Positions 1 to 13,413 of a DNA stretch of 64,000 bases are shown piece after piece (within the stretch, counting starts at the first letter, position 1; every line of letters begins with the position of its first letter). Position numbers and translations under genes: made by a program. The notes below the pieces were generated by a model. That model worked only from the letters and a program-made list of their open reading frames with translations. It was not told the DNA's origin and ran no database searches. The stretch is from Spironucleus salmonicida. Its lineage: Eukaryota. The stretch spans positions 496,001-560,000 of the forward strand of contig NC_090599.1 in assembly GCF_000497125.1 (NCBI RefSeq), in the 5' to 3' direction.

Positions 1-121
1 GAAAAGATAGCTGTGCATAAATGTTCAAATATTATTAATAAAGCAGATTGAAATTTGGTTAAAGTCATATGACATTTAAAAGAGTATGGAGATATAACAA
101 AAACTGTTATGGGGAAAGTGA
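1..121 (+). CDS. 3' end of a hypothetical protein (truncated by window edge)
   Basis: Frame 2 is open from base 2 (KRQLCINV...QQKLLWGK) and ends AAG-TGA, the AGTGA stop context seen at many genes here. Confidence 0.45.
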
Positions 122-754
122 AATTTAAATTAGATGATGAAATAAATTTTATATTAATATAGTAGGGTAAATCAGTTTTAATACCCTATTTTCAGCAATT
201 TTGTTTGTTAAAAGATTTACAAAAATCTTGAAATTGAATGAAGGGTTGAAAATGAAAATACTAAGTAAGAAATTCATTAGATTTTAAATTTTGTGTATTT
301 AGCTTATTATCTTAGAAATTTGATAATCATAAGAAAGTATATTAGGTTGACACAATTTTAAGTCGGGTGGCAAATAAAATATTTTGTTGCTTACATTTAA
401 TTAATTTATAATAATAAAACTCTAAATGAAACAAAATTAATAATTTATCATTCATTATCAGGCCAAGGTTAAACATAAGTTTTATATTTAAAAAGAATCA
501 ATAAATTAACTAATGAAACTGTTTTAATCGTAAATATAAATTTATTGGCAAACGTAGATAAAGATTAGATAATCGTAATTAATTAAGTAGCACAAATAAT
601 TCATTTTTGTGAACATCAATGAATTAATAAGATAAGGAGTTAAAAATAAATACTAATCACTAGATATATAAATAGTGAGGGAAGAATATTCTTCTTATAG
701 TACATGCATGAAAATATTAGGTTAGTAATAAAAATAATATACGTTATAGACTAA

Positions 755-1285
755 TCATTATAACAATGCACAAAAATCAAAATTACCAGTACATAATAGT
801 GACTTAGAATGAATATTAGATGTAATAAAGTGAATCTTAAATCCTTGACTATAAGATTTAATTTAAATAAGATCTAAGACAGCTAATGGTTTTAGCTTAG
901 ATAAATGCTATTTCTATACCGTCGTAATAAAAATAGGCGAAATTGACGATACAAACGTTAAAAAAGATATTTAAATATTAAAGGGGAGGTGAGCCATAAA
1001 TGCTTCTGCTGAAAACATAACTATCATTGATGGATGTTAATGAGACTTTTAATTAAAATAATCTAGCATTATATCTGGAGTTAATTATCTTACATTAGCT
1101 GGTAAATTATTAAGCAAAAATGGCGTTAGTAAAACACAAAAATCATAAAATTCATTATTTAAGAGATTAATTATTGGTAAAGGGCAATCTGATTCTGTTA
1201 AAATAGTGAATTTTGAAGAAGGAGAATTAAACACACAATTTGGAGGAGGATTTGATAATAATGATAATATAGAAATGTGTTTCAT
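755..1285 (-). CDS. hypothetical protein, 176 aa
   Basis: ORF-track 1085..1285 continues through TAA/TAG (Gln) to TGA at 755-757; AT-rich upstream. Confidence 0.5.
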
Positions 1286-2001
1286 TCGAATATATACATA
1301 TATAATTATATGATAATTATTAGTATGGAATTATTAAACTCCATAAATAGTGATTGAAATATATCTAATAATAGGCGAGATATGTAAGTTTGTATATGAT
1401 CACAGTTAACGTTAATAATAGAGAACATTCTGCAACTGTCGATAAATTATATTTAATAAATTAAATAAATGATTATATATTTGTGAACAAGGAATCACTA
1501 TATATCTTTCAGTAGCTAAAGTCCTATCAGTTGTCATATTTAATTCATATATATACACTAATTAATATATAAACTCACTTATTATCATTATACATAAGTT
1601 TTCCACCTATAATATTGATTTATCAATATATTATCGTAAAACATCTAGATACCTAATTATAAAGAATTTTAAGAATTTTAAGTTTGTGATTTTATATAAT
1701 TAATATGAGAGAAACTTTATGTTATTAACGTTAAACTTAGAGTATAATAATACTGGAGTTCAAGTATAAGTCTTCACTATTTTTAATAGCCTAATTATAC
1801 ATGTAATAACCAAACCAGATTTATAATTTAACTGAATAATCACATAATTAAGACAAATTATAAGGTTTAATTATTTAAATTTGTGATTTGTAATAACTAA
1901 TACAACTGTATTAAAAAAATAAATATTATTTGTCATTAAAATTAATAATATATGAATATAGTATTTTATAGAGGCAAATCATACAATCACCACTTCATCT
2001 A

Positions 2002-3972
2002 ATGACCTTTGACAATAAAGATATCTAAGCTGTCAATGAAATCCGTGTATTATGTGCTGATATAGTTCAGGGACCTAATTCTGGACACCCAGGTGCGCCT
2101 ATTGGTATGGCCCCAATGGCCTATGTCTTGTTCAAGAATCACCTTCGTTTAACACCCAAGGATCCATTCTGCCCAGCGCGTGATAGATTCGTTTTATCAA
2201 ACGGACATGCTTCCGCTTTATTATACTCGATGCTCCATTTATCTGGCTTTGACTATTCTATGAATGACTTAAAAGCTTTCAGAACTTTGCATTCTAAGAC
2301 CCCAGGTCACCCCGAAAGATGCGAATTTCACACTGGTAAATTATCTCCTGGTATTGAACTTACCACTGGACCTCTTGGTTAAGGTATTTCTTCCGCTGTT
2401 GGTTTAGCTATCAGCATGGAATCCATGAACGAATATGACAAGGATAAGGTAGTCGTTGATGACGACTCTAGAGTTTACGTATTCTGTGGCGATGGATGCC
2501 TCTAAGAAGGTGTTGCTTCTGAAGCATGCTCCCTTGCCGGAACCAAGAAATTACGCAGATTAATTGTTTTATATGATGATAATGGTATTACCATTGACGG
2601 TAAGACTGAAATCTCCTTTGCTGAAAATGTTTAAGGTCGCTTTGAAGCTTACGGTTGGAACGTTTTAACTGTTTCTCAGGGTAACACTGATCTTGATGCT
2701 ATTAACAAGGCTATCATTGAAGCTAAGAAATCTGATAAGCCTACTCTCATTAAAGTAAAGACAATTATCGGATATGGTGCTCCCAAATAAGACACTCATT
2801 CTGTCCACGGCTCCCCATTAGGCGCTGAAGGCTTAGTTACTTTAAAGGCTTTCTACAACTTGCCAACTGACAAGTCTTACAATATTTCCGAATAGACTAG
2901 AGCCATTTTCGCATCGATCATCAAGCGGTATGACACTTTTGTAGACACTTACAATACCCGCTTAAACGCTTGCTCTTACAAAAACGAAATCGTTGAAAGA
3001 TTCGATTTCGTTAAAAACATTACACCAGAAAAACTCTTAGCTGCAATTCAGCCAAAACTTGCTGAATTTGCCGCCAGCGGAGTCGGAAAATCGACTAGAC
3101 AGACTTCTCAGCTCTCAATTTAACTTCTTTCGGACACAATCCTCAAAAAGTACCTCATTATAGGCTCAGCCGATCTCGCACCATCTTGCCTGACTACCAT
3201 CAGCAACATCCCTAAATCCCAATACATCTTTTTCGGTGTTCGTGAATTTGCGATGGTTGCGATTTCCAACGGAATTGCTTCTTATGGCGCTTTCATCCCC
3301 TTCGACGCGACGTTTTTGGCCTTTTTCAACTACTGCTCTGGAGGAATCCGTTTGGGTGCAATTTCTCGCCTCTAGGCCATCCACATCTTCACGCACGACT
3401 CGATCCAATTGGGCGAAGACGGCGGCACTCACCAGCCCGTCGAAACCGTCGCGCAAATCCGCGCACTTCCAGGTACCTACGACTGGAGACCTGCTGACGC
3501 AACTGAGACGCTCGGCGCATACTGCGGTGCCGCCGGAAGGCACGCACAGCACGTCTTCGCGCTCAGCAGAAGTGGTGTAGGCCAATTCAAGTCTGACGCT
3601 GAAAAAACATCCAAATTCGGCGCTTACGTCGCCGTTGAGGGCTAAAATGCGAAGGTTACGGTTCTGAGCAGTGGTAGCGAGGTCGCAATTGCCGTCAAAG
3701 TCGCTGAAAAGATGGGTAACGTTAGAGTGGTTTCTATGCCTAGTTACAGCTTGTTTATGGAGCAATCTGAGGAGTATATTAAGCAGGTAATGCAGTGTGC
3801 CAGAGAGAAATGTATCAGTTTCGAGCCTTACGTCAAATTCGGTTTAGAGGGACTTTGTGGGAAGCACGTATCAATTGAGACCTATGGTTTGAGTGCGAAT
3901 GCTGCTGATTTGGCTAAACATTTTGGTATCACCGCCGAAAATTTAGAGGAATAAATTAAGAAAATGATGTGA
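2002..3972 (+). CDS. tkt: transketolase, 656 aa
   Basis: Motifs [33 protein letters not shown] (Q=TAA), GDGCLQEG (TPP binding, Q=TAA), [27 protein letters not shown]; single frame under code 6. Confidence 0.97.
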
Positions 3973-4078
3973 TACATTTGTTTATAAAATATGTATTTAT
4001 GACGGAGAAAAATTCTACGAGAACGAATTATTATATATATATATAAACTAGTATATAATAGTTCGTTTGGGTCAACTA

Positions 4079-4531
4079 ATGAATTATGTAAAAAATGACC
4101 CTGACGTGATTCGTTGGCGGAAGCTCATAGATTAGCCAGATTGGTTACCAGAAATACCAACAACTGTGATTCCACTAAAACCTATTCAGTCGAAGCCTCC
4201 TTCCTCCTTCAGGAGGAATGCAAGAAAATCACCGTACTCCTAACATGCATAGCAAGGATCTGCACAAAAATATGATATTATATCATTTAATTATATACCA
4301 GAAACATTACTAGAAGGGTAGAAAATCAGTATCAGAAGTAACTAGAGAAAAATAAATTAAGTTAGAAATTAATATAACAGTTATACCCAGGCACGAGTAA
4401 ATATTAGGGTATAGTCACAGACATAAATTATAATGGCTAAAGAAATAGGAGTTTACACCCGGGAAGTAAAAGTGCAGAACAAGATTAAAAAAATTTATGA
4501 TGAGGTTGAAGAACTGATGGGGTATAATTGA
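4079..4531 (+). CDS. hypothetical protein, 150 aa
   Basis: ATG-TGA frame under code 6 (MNYVKNDPDVIRWRKL...) between short AT-rich spacers. Confidence 0.6.
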
Positions 4532-4610
4532 AATATTAATTAAAATTTATTTTTAATTTATTGAGTTATTTTATCTCAATTATATATTTAGTATTTTCTT
4601 TCCTTTTTTA

Positions 4611-6047
4611 ATGAACGCCAAGCTCCTTTCCTCTGAACAATCTTGGGACGGTTTTGGCCTTCCTTAGAAGCTGGTAGATACATTAATTAAAAATGACTTC
4701 AAAACACCTTCTGTCACTCAAGTTGCTCTTTATGAAAGCCTCAAAGATGATGCTAAGAGATCTGGTATTTTAGAAGCTCCTACTGGCACAGGTAAGACAA
4801 TCGCATTTGTTTCCCACGCCCTTAGATAGGTAGATGCATCACGTAAAATTCCTCAGGTGGTGATCTTTGTTCATACTCAAATTTTAGGATTTTAAATTCT
4901 CCATGAAGTGTAAAAACTTGAAAAGTAGCTTGATATTACTTCTTCTTTATTGTTAGGTTTTAATGCAAACTTAAGTTTTAATCATAATGCACATATAATA
5001 GTTGCAACTCCTGGAGCATTTGTTCAAAATTTCCTTCCTAAAACTTCAAGAGGAAAAACTGAAACAGCTAAATATAAACACGATTTCTCATTAATAGTTT
5101 TAGATGAGGCTGATTATTACTGGAAAGATACGAATCAAAGAGAAGCAATGGTAAGAGTATTTGGTGACTTGAATATGTGTCAAGTTTTACTATTTTCAGC
5201 AACTTTAGATGAACATGTCAGCAAAAAATTAGTTTAAGAGTGGCTTAAAAACCAAAGAAACCCATTCACAGTCAAAAAAGAGGTTACATTAGAGAATACT
5301 TCACATTTCTTCGTTGACTTTAGGTAAAATAACGAATCATAGAAATTAGATTAACTTTAAACAATTTTCGACTTAGATATTTATGAAAGTGGTTTCAAAA
5401 GTATCATATTCTGCAAAACTAGAAAACAAGTGGATTCCACATTTTAAAAAATAGTAGAATTAGGTTATGAGGCTTCAAGATATCATGGTGACATGACTCA
5501 AGAAGAGCGTTAAGTTGAGTATAAGAAATTCCTTGCTGGAGAAACTCGTGTTTTAATCACTACGGATATGCTCGCTCGTGGTATTGATATAGTTACAATT
5601 GCTTTAGTAATCAACTATGAAGTTCCCACAGAAGGACCTTAAGGCAACGAGCAGGTCGCCACTGCCACATATGTTCATAGAATAGGTAGAGGTGGTCGTT
5701 TTGGTCGTATTTCAGTAGCCATCACTTTCGTGTCTAACGATTAAGATATGAGTAACATGAAAGAAATTCAATCGTATGTAGACAAGAGATTTAACAAATC
5801 TGGAATTATATAGGAAATGAAAATAGGACAAATCAGCAAAACAATTTGTGAGGTTTTCGCTAATTAAACTGCTGAAAACGAAGAACATAACGACTTGGCG
5901 ATCTTGATGACTGGTGCTAAGGGCGTATCCACGAATTTTAAGAAGAGAAGCGTGCCTAACAAGTCAGGATCAGATAGTAAAAAAGCAGAAGTTGAAGAAG
6001 CTAAAGCTGAGATTGTTAACGATGACAACGAGATCAGTTTTGAGTGA
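4611..6047 (+). CDS. DEAD-box RNA helicase, Dbp5/DDX19-like, 478 aa
   Basis: Q motif, [34 protein letters not shown]; the insertion in VINYEVP...ATYVHRIGR resembles Dbp5 more than eIF4A. Confidence 0.9.
6043..6047 (+). terminator. AGTGA putative polyadenylation signal overlapping the stop codon (example site)
   Basis: Same pentamer forms the stop of 18 of 49 called gene ends. Confidence 0.6.
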
Positions 6048-6309
6048 TGAGCCTTGTATTTTGTATATTGGGTTGGTCATGAAAATTATTTCATTTTAGG
6101 GTTTAGCGATTTTTAGAACTAATAGTGATTTAAAATTTATTAGAATAATATATAAAATTTAATCCTTTACGATATAAGCAGTTATTGAAGAGATGTTTAT
6201 TCTGTGTAAAATATTGTGAAAGAGATACAAATATTTGATAATTTCAATCTCAAGTGATATTTATTATCATATATAAAAACAAATATATTCAATTTCTTCC
6301 CCCCTCCAA

Positions 6310-7665
6310 ATGAACAACCTGCCATCTGACCCATAGCAACTCAAAAAAATTGTCACAAAGCTTCTAACTGAGAATCATTCCCTGAAATAACATTCATAAA
6401 CTCGGTCTGAGCTCACGAAATCAGTTCAAAATCTTAGTTAAAATCCGCAATTTTCCACTTCCATTTTATTATCAAAAAATCAAGAACTTCAATGCTAGCT
6501 ATAAGAAATGTTAGAAACATAAAAAGCTGCAAAGCGTGAAATAATCACTATTAAAAGCGAGCTTCATAAGCAAAATCTAGAATGGAAAACTTAACTTTAG
6601 CTTAATTCAAACAAGCAGCTAACGGAATATAATGATTTAATTATAGTAAATTAAAATTTACAAAAAAATCTTACACATTACACGTCTTTTCTTACAACTA
6701 TTAAGCAGTTGCTGAATATTTAGTAATAAGATATTGATACCATCGAATTAGAGGCAATTGGCGAAGTTGAAACAATGAAGTAAATAATTTAAAATTAATA
6801 GATCCAAATTAGTGAAAAAGACCATAAGATTGACGATATGTGCGAGACTTAAAATGAACTTTTAGAAGAGATTCAGAAAGTTAAGAATGAAGAATAATTG
6901 GAATGTTTTGAGTTATAAATTTAAGAATTAGCTTCTTTGTTAGAGTTATAATAAGCTTAGATTGCAGGACTTAGAAGCGAAAAATCAATTTTAAATACTG
7001 AAAAGAGTCAGTTAGAAAAAGAAGTGCAATCACTTAGCTCGGATGCCAAAAATATGGGACTTGCAACACATTTATTAGTACCTTTAAATGAAAAAATAGA
7101 AGAACTAACAGCTGAAAACTAACGATTAAAAGATGAAGTTAGTAGGATAATTAATAAAACTAAAAACAACGAACATGTTAATTAAAATTCATTATAGGAA
7201 GAATCTAGTTTAAAGATAAATATTTAAGCTTCCAATCAAAATTAAATCAATAACTTAAACGCAAACTTATAACCAATATAAAGATTAGATAGTTAATAAC
7301 AGTATTATGAAAACTCTAAACCTATATATGCTCATATTCCCGATAATTTGAGTCATTCGTAAATAGAAGGTGTTGAAAGTTAGTTTAGAAGCTAAATTTT
7401 AAAGGAAAATACGACAAAAAGTTAATTACTGGGTTCTGCTGAACATTAAGAAGACCAAGAACATACACTAGATTCATTAGTAGGAAGTTTAATTCAGTCT
7501 TCATAATAAGATGATTTACTTAAACAAAGTTAGTAAAGCAAGAGTGGATAGAGTATTTCTGTAGAAGATATAGACCATATGATCCATACTAAACATAATG
7601 ATCTATATGCCAGAGTTATGTAAAGAAGACTGGAGAAATAGAAGTTAAAAATAGAAATCGAATGA
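6310..7665 (+). CDS. coiled-coil hypothetical protein, 451 aa
   Basis: Long code-6 ORF, Q/E/K/L-rich heptad character, C-rich stretch just before the ATG. Confidence 0.8.
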
Positions 7666-8075
7666 AAAGTTATGTTTTGAAACTAAAGATTTCCGGATGT
7701 TTAATTCTTATTTTTAGATTGATTACGCATTCCTATAATATATAATAATACATTTAGAGGATTACAAATATTCTATACTAGGTTTCTTTAGTAATTCCAT
7801 AATTCTATAAAGTTATCAAAAAATGTTTTTATTAATAATTTTATATATATAATTGTCCAAGAAACTAAAGTAAAGTATAAATTGTATTGAAATCGTAATA
7901 TAATTATCTTATATAATAATAGACACTTATATTTAATTAAATTGTACCAAATTTATGGCGGTAATATAATTCAATTAAATATATATAGCATAAACGAAAA
8001 CTAATATTTTTAACTGCTTCTTAAGATTAATTTTATATCTTAACTTACTAGTTTTTTTAAGGCATTAATTTAGCA

Positions 8076-8252
8076 ATGAAGCCAATACGCAAAAGCAAAA
8101 AATTATCGTTTATTAAAAGTGTTGGTAGTAAAAATACGCTGTCATATTCAACTCAATGCTAGGACGAAGCTTCTGAGTCTTGGTATTTAGATTGGAATGC
8201 TTTTAGAGCCTAAGTAGGTGAGTGCATGTTACTAGATGAGTGTTCGGAGTGA
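8076..8252 (+). CDS. small protein, 58 aa
   Basis: MKPIRKSKKL...ECMLLDECSE; locally higher GC than flanks; ends GAG-TGA. Confidence 0.45.
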
Positions 8253-8446
8253 GTTAGATGAAATAAAATAGCGATAATGGGATTAAGCTGGAAATATATC
8301 TGCTACAGTTTGTAATAAGTTTTTAAAAATATCTATAAAGCACGTAGAAGCTAATTAGGAAAAATTAAATACATTAATATATCCTAATTTAATAAAAACA
8401 GTAAGATAGTAATTTATAATTTAGTATATAATAAATTTATTAATTC

Positions 8447-8454
8447 TTTCCGCA
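8447..8454 (+). promoter_or_regulatory. TTTCCGCA upstream motif (example site)
   Basis: TTCCGC recurs 5-35 nt upstream of ATGs at 8469, 21585, 62959 and (minus) 11562 in otherwise very AT-rich spacers. Confidence 0.4.
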
Positions 8455-8468
8455 ATTTATTTCACAAA

Positions 8469-9608
8469 ATGCTCAACGGACGTTATGAACCAACTTTTGA
8501 CGATAAAAAGATGATATAACTAGCTAACAAACAGGTTATGCGAGAAGCTCGTAGGGATAGAATTTTAGATACAGGTACTAGAAATGCACTAGATAAGGAT
8601 TTTTTGGAATAGTAAATGAAAACTGCTGATCTTACTAAAGCGTATAACAGAATTAAGCAACTCGAAGAAGATGAAAAGCTTTTAATGATCAATAAATATT
8701 TAGCTGAGTAGGAAAGAGAATTTTTACGTTTAAAGTTTTTAAAAGAACGTCAAGATTTACAATTTTCATTAGATAATATGAGAAGAGACTAATCACGTGA
8801 CTGGGATCTTAATGATCCTCAAAGACTTAGAAAGTAAGCTTTCACTCGTGTAGATTAACAACTTGAGGATGGAACCATAAATATTGATCCGAAGCTAGGT
8901 GTTTCATCTGGTTAAGTTTTCCATGGTGAAGATCTTTATTAATAATAGAGAATGCGCGCCTAAGCAGAACAGTTTAGATATGAGATGGAGACAGAAAACG
9001 CTAGAAAGGCCGCTTAGGCTGCTGAAGATGCTAGAAATAAAATGGACGACGATTTAAAGGAAATAGCTGTCGTTAATTATGTAGCAGACTCTGAAAAAGC
9101 ATAAGCATAACAAAGAAGAGATATGGCTATCGCATAAAGACAAGAGAATGAAAGGTTAGCCAAATAAGCTGAAGAAGAGCGTTTAAATTCAATAAAACAA
9201 AACGATTTAGAAGCATAACAAGCCGCTTCAAATTTCTAAAATACTCGTATGATGAGAGAATTCGCTAGACCTGGCATTGTGGACGAATTTAAAGGTTTCG
9301 AAAGAGCTCAAGTGGAATAATTTAACTGCGATTTGGAACAGTAAGTTAAAGATGCATAGTTAAAAAGAAGGAAAGACATGGAAGAGAAAGTTATGCAGGA
9401 AGAGTTAGAGTTAAACGTCAACAGAAAGAGGGCTTTGATGGAGTAAGAATTTACTAGAGATAGAGCCAACATGGCGTATTAACTAGCTTATGAGAACAAG
9501 TTAATGGCGGAGCAGCAGAACACCAAGAAGTTCAACGACACCTATGATTTAGGTAAAAATAAGATAGGCGAAGACTTTTACAAGGGTTTCTAAAAGAGTG
9601 AAAGATGA
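8469..9608 (+). CDS. RIB43A: RIB43A-like flagellar microtubule inner protein, 379 aa
   Basis: Signature RDWDLNDPQRLRK and LGVSSGQVFHGEDL, coiled-coil body, C-terminal EDFYKGFQKSER. Confidence 0.88.
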
Positions 9609-9678
9609 GAGTTTCTACTTTATATGCATTTCTCGCCTCTAAACCACTGAAAATTCAAAAATACCATACCGTTATTTC

Positions 9679-11562
9679 TCACTCAATCCGTTCCACAGTC
9701 AGCTGTTAAATCCTAGTTACCTGATCAACAAAGTCGACCAGCCTGAACTCTTTCAGAAATCCCTCGAACATGCCTGCCAGAACCTGGACGAATACATTAT
9801 GCTGCCCGTCAAAAGGCTGTTTTTCAACTTCTTTTTCTTCTCCTTTTTTAAGCAAAAACTGCAGATTTTCAGACTTGAGGAATGCAACGCCCTCCCCGGA
9901 GTTGCGGACGACGATGTTTTCGCCCCTCGGCTCGCATGTCAGGTCCAGGAGGCCGAAAATACCGAAGAGCGGAACTGTCTGGGCATAGCCCTCGCCTTTG
10001 ATCATTAAGAGCCCGGAAACGAGCGGTTTTAGATCACCTCGCGGGGCAAACTCCACAGTGAGGTCCTGGAACTGTCCCCCCGTGATGGAAATTTACTACT
10101 TGTCCAGTTTGAAGTTTTAACAGTCTTATTATACGCTCTCATGTGCCACAGCGACCGTATCCTGTAGCGAAATAGTCAGATTCAGTGTTTCTTGCGTTGG
10201 GTTTTTGATTCGAACTTTGGCAATTTCGCTGTATAGCTGGTTAGCAGGTGGAAAGAAAAGTTGATTTGGAATTGTAATCAATTGGGCAGTTTCCTGAAGG
10301 TCGCTTTTCGAGGGTACTTGTGTTAAGAGGTACTGCGAGCCGATCGATGGGGTGGAATGGGGTGGTGATGGAGGTGCTTTGGATGGTTCTAATGCCTTTT
10401 AAAGTATTTCTGGAGCCGGTGCTGGGGCCGGTTCAGATGCTTCTACAGTTTGCTGTTGGAGTACTTCTTCCACTGTAGGCTGTTAAATTTGTTAGAATTC
10501 CTCTTCTTCAATGATATCAGAGAGGTTCTCCTGTGGTTCAGAGTCGATAAAAGATTTTTCAAAAGGAACGCAGTCATCCATTTCGTCTAAGTACAAAGGG
10601 GAAATAAATTGCTTAGGAATCGAAGCTTCGGTAAACGTAACCTATTTTTAGTCAGAAATGATCTCGGGCACTTCAAAAGTTGGGACCCAGGTGTCAACTT
10701 AGGGGTGGTCTTATTCTACTGCATCGGATATCTACTATTAAGAAGCAGATATAGACTGACCTCCTACCTAGCTAAAGTTCAAAATACTCATTTTTGCTTC
10801 TTAGATTATACTTTCTGGTATGTCTAACCCCGAATCATAACAGTATTTTGAGTGGTGCTTTTTCCCTGCTGATACTACTGAGGGAGCGTATACTTCTCCC
10901 GGCGGGAAAGAGCTAACAGTAGATCCGCTTGAGAGCTTTGAGTTGAATACCGCGGATTGTGGGAGGTATGTGTTGTTATTGGATTCATTAATGAATGCGT
11001 CTTGAAAGAAAACTGTGTGATTAATGACAGGTGACTGATATGCTTGAACTGGTAATACTTAGGATGCATACTAAGACTAATATAACTAGCTATTATTAAT
11101 AGATTATGATTAGTTCATGCTTTATTATTGACTTAAGGATGAGATATTAAAATCTTTTTAAGTTTCAAAATATAATATAACATACACTATAGACACACCC
11201 CCTAAGCAGATTTCAAGTTAACACATACCAGAACCTATAGCCCCAGATTATACATGTATTTTCGAAACCCATACTTATTCAGTGATATGCTCTAACAAAG
11301 GAGAACAAGAAACTGTAACACCCTCTGATGTTGTTTTTAAAACGTACTAGTGACCATTGGTTGCTAAAAAACTGACTGCTATATCTTTTGGCTAGCCAAC
11401 TGTTAGTTATATTTACTGTTAAGATTTAAATGTTGTTTTAGGAAAACCATTATCTTCATATAAGGCTATACAGTTATCGTAGTTTGGAATAGGTTATATT
11501 GATGCAATCTACGAAGCTTATGAAAATCTTGAAAATGTGAGATTTGATGTTGATAAGTTCAT
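9679..11562 (-). CDS. Ig-like/ASH (SPD-2/CEP192-like) domain protein, 627 aa; paralogue of 13414..15009
   Basis: Open code-6 frame checked base by base; C-terminal beta-sandwich-like region VRIKNPTQ...VEFAP...VPLFG...VVRNSGEGVAF; ends GAG-TGA. Confidence 0.75.
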
Positions 11563-11775
11563 TTTTGGAATAATTGATATTAGAATTGAAGTAGGCGGAA
11601 AAATTATTTAATAAATACAATAAAATAATTGATAATATGAATTTTAATTATATTGTAATGTAGATAAATAATTATTTAGTAAAGTTTGAGATTTAATCTA
11701 AGCTATAACACTATAATATAATAAAATATTAAGTAACTAAATAAAATGTATAAAAAATATCAAAAATCATTTGTT

Positions 11776-13254
11776 ATGGAGAGTAATTCTGCTATTAGTG
11801 AAGGATCAATAATAAGTACATGTGGAAAAATTACTACACTGGGGTTCCCTACACTTCCTGATGCATATAGCCATTTAAGAATAGAAGAGACTTGCTAAAT
11901 GGATCCTTGTGATTGTATTGCTAAGCCTTGCCCACATAATCAAGATGTAGATTTTAATTTATTTGTTAAATACCTTCCTGGCAGATTACGTATGCTAGAG
12001 AAATCTGGAGATACCAAAAGCGTCCACCAGTTATATGAGAAAGTTAAGTTAAGATTATCTTCGCATAAATGCAACTTAGTATCGTCATCAAAAGATCCAT
12101 ACTAAGTCTGTTATGTTAATTTAGATGGTAGCTATAATACTGATTCAACTTCTTTAGAGTCAATATTAGATGCAGAAGAAGTACACCATAAACAATGTCA
12201 TTATTGCAAAGGAATCGACGAACTTTTTGGGTTTACATCATAATTTCCCACAGACATTCCAGTCACAAAGAAGCGCAAGATTTCTTTCGGATCTTTAGTA
12301 ATAAACCTTTCCTTTATAGCGAATATTATTCTCTTAATTTTAAAAATAGTTGCATACATAATTTCGAACTCAATGTCAGTTATGGCATCTATGGTTGATT
12401 CAGCTTTAGATATACTATCAGGATTTGTCCTTTATATAGCAATTCGAATGGCCAAAAAAGGAGTAGAATAGGGAAAATATTAAGAATACATTCATACACA
12501 AGATACTGCGAAGATATTGTATTCGTCTCGTTATGAATCACTTGGTGTACTTGCATTTTCGTGTTTTATGTCTATGCTTTCACTAATACTGGTAAAGGAC
12601 GCAGTTTGCGTTATTATCGACATTGCAAAGGGACATCCTCCGACAGTAGATTTTTCTGCAGCTCCTATAGCCATTATGTGTATCACAATTATTCTCAAAT
12701 TGGTTTTATGCTTAATGGCCTAATTTGCTCAAAAAATGTCGAGAAATTAACGTGATGCCATTATCGCGTATAGAGATGACCACCGAAATGACGTAATTAC
12801 CAATATTGTATCTCTAGCTGGAATGTGGATCTCCAGCATTGGTGGTAACTGGTAGTACGTAGACCCTGTAATTTCAGGACTGTTATGTAGCTTTATTTTT
12901 CTTAATTGGACAAGATCAGGAATTGAACAAATGAAGTCTATGGTAGGATGTGTTATAAAAAATGAAGATGTGGAGTGCTACTATGTGAAGCTTCTCACTA
13001 GCTTCATATGTGCATCGCGTATCGAGCAAGTCTAACACATTTTAGCGTACCAACAGGGCCAGGCAGTGAACCTAGAAATTTCGGTCTAAATTCCAGACGA
13101 TATGGCCGTATGCGAATCTCATGAGATAGCTTAGGTGATCTAGAATGATTTCGAACTCATGGATGGTGTGGAACGCTGCTTTGTGCACTTAGAGAGTAAA
13201 AAATGTCACCATAACTTCACCACGGAGGACGAGATAAAACCACTAGAAGTCTGA
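11776..13254 (+). CDS. cation diffusion facilitator (Mn-CDF/MTP8-11-like) metal transporter
   Basis: TM2 DSALD, RYESLG, TM5 DHRND, DPV, C-terminal SHEIA...VERCFVHLE; alternative in-frame ATG at 11746. Confidence 0.92.
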
Positions 13255-13413
13255 GTTTTGTTTATTTATTACCACAAGATCTATTAATAATATCTACATT
13301 AGCTAACCATTTCGTCGAACTGTAACTTTTCATTTTTTCAAAATTTTTCCATTTTAAAATACTAAAACTATTATTATATTATAATATCTACTTAGTAAGA
13401 TTTGCGCTTCAAA

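Noticed and set aside
122-812. Code-6 ORFs 426..812(+) and 65..451(-)
   Set aside because: About 128 codons each, no motifs, overlapping neighbouring calls; not distinguishable from chance in AT-rich DNA with a single stop codon
2002-3972. Transketolase, PMCA, pepT and helicase appearing as fragmented pseudogenes in the ORF track
   Set aside because: All interruptions are TAA/TAG in a single frame, often at conserved Gln positions, so this is recoding rather than decay
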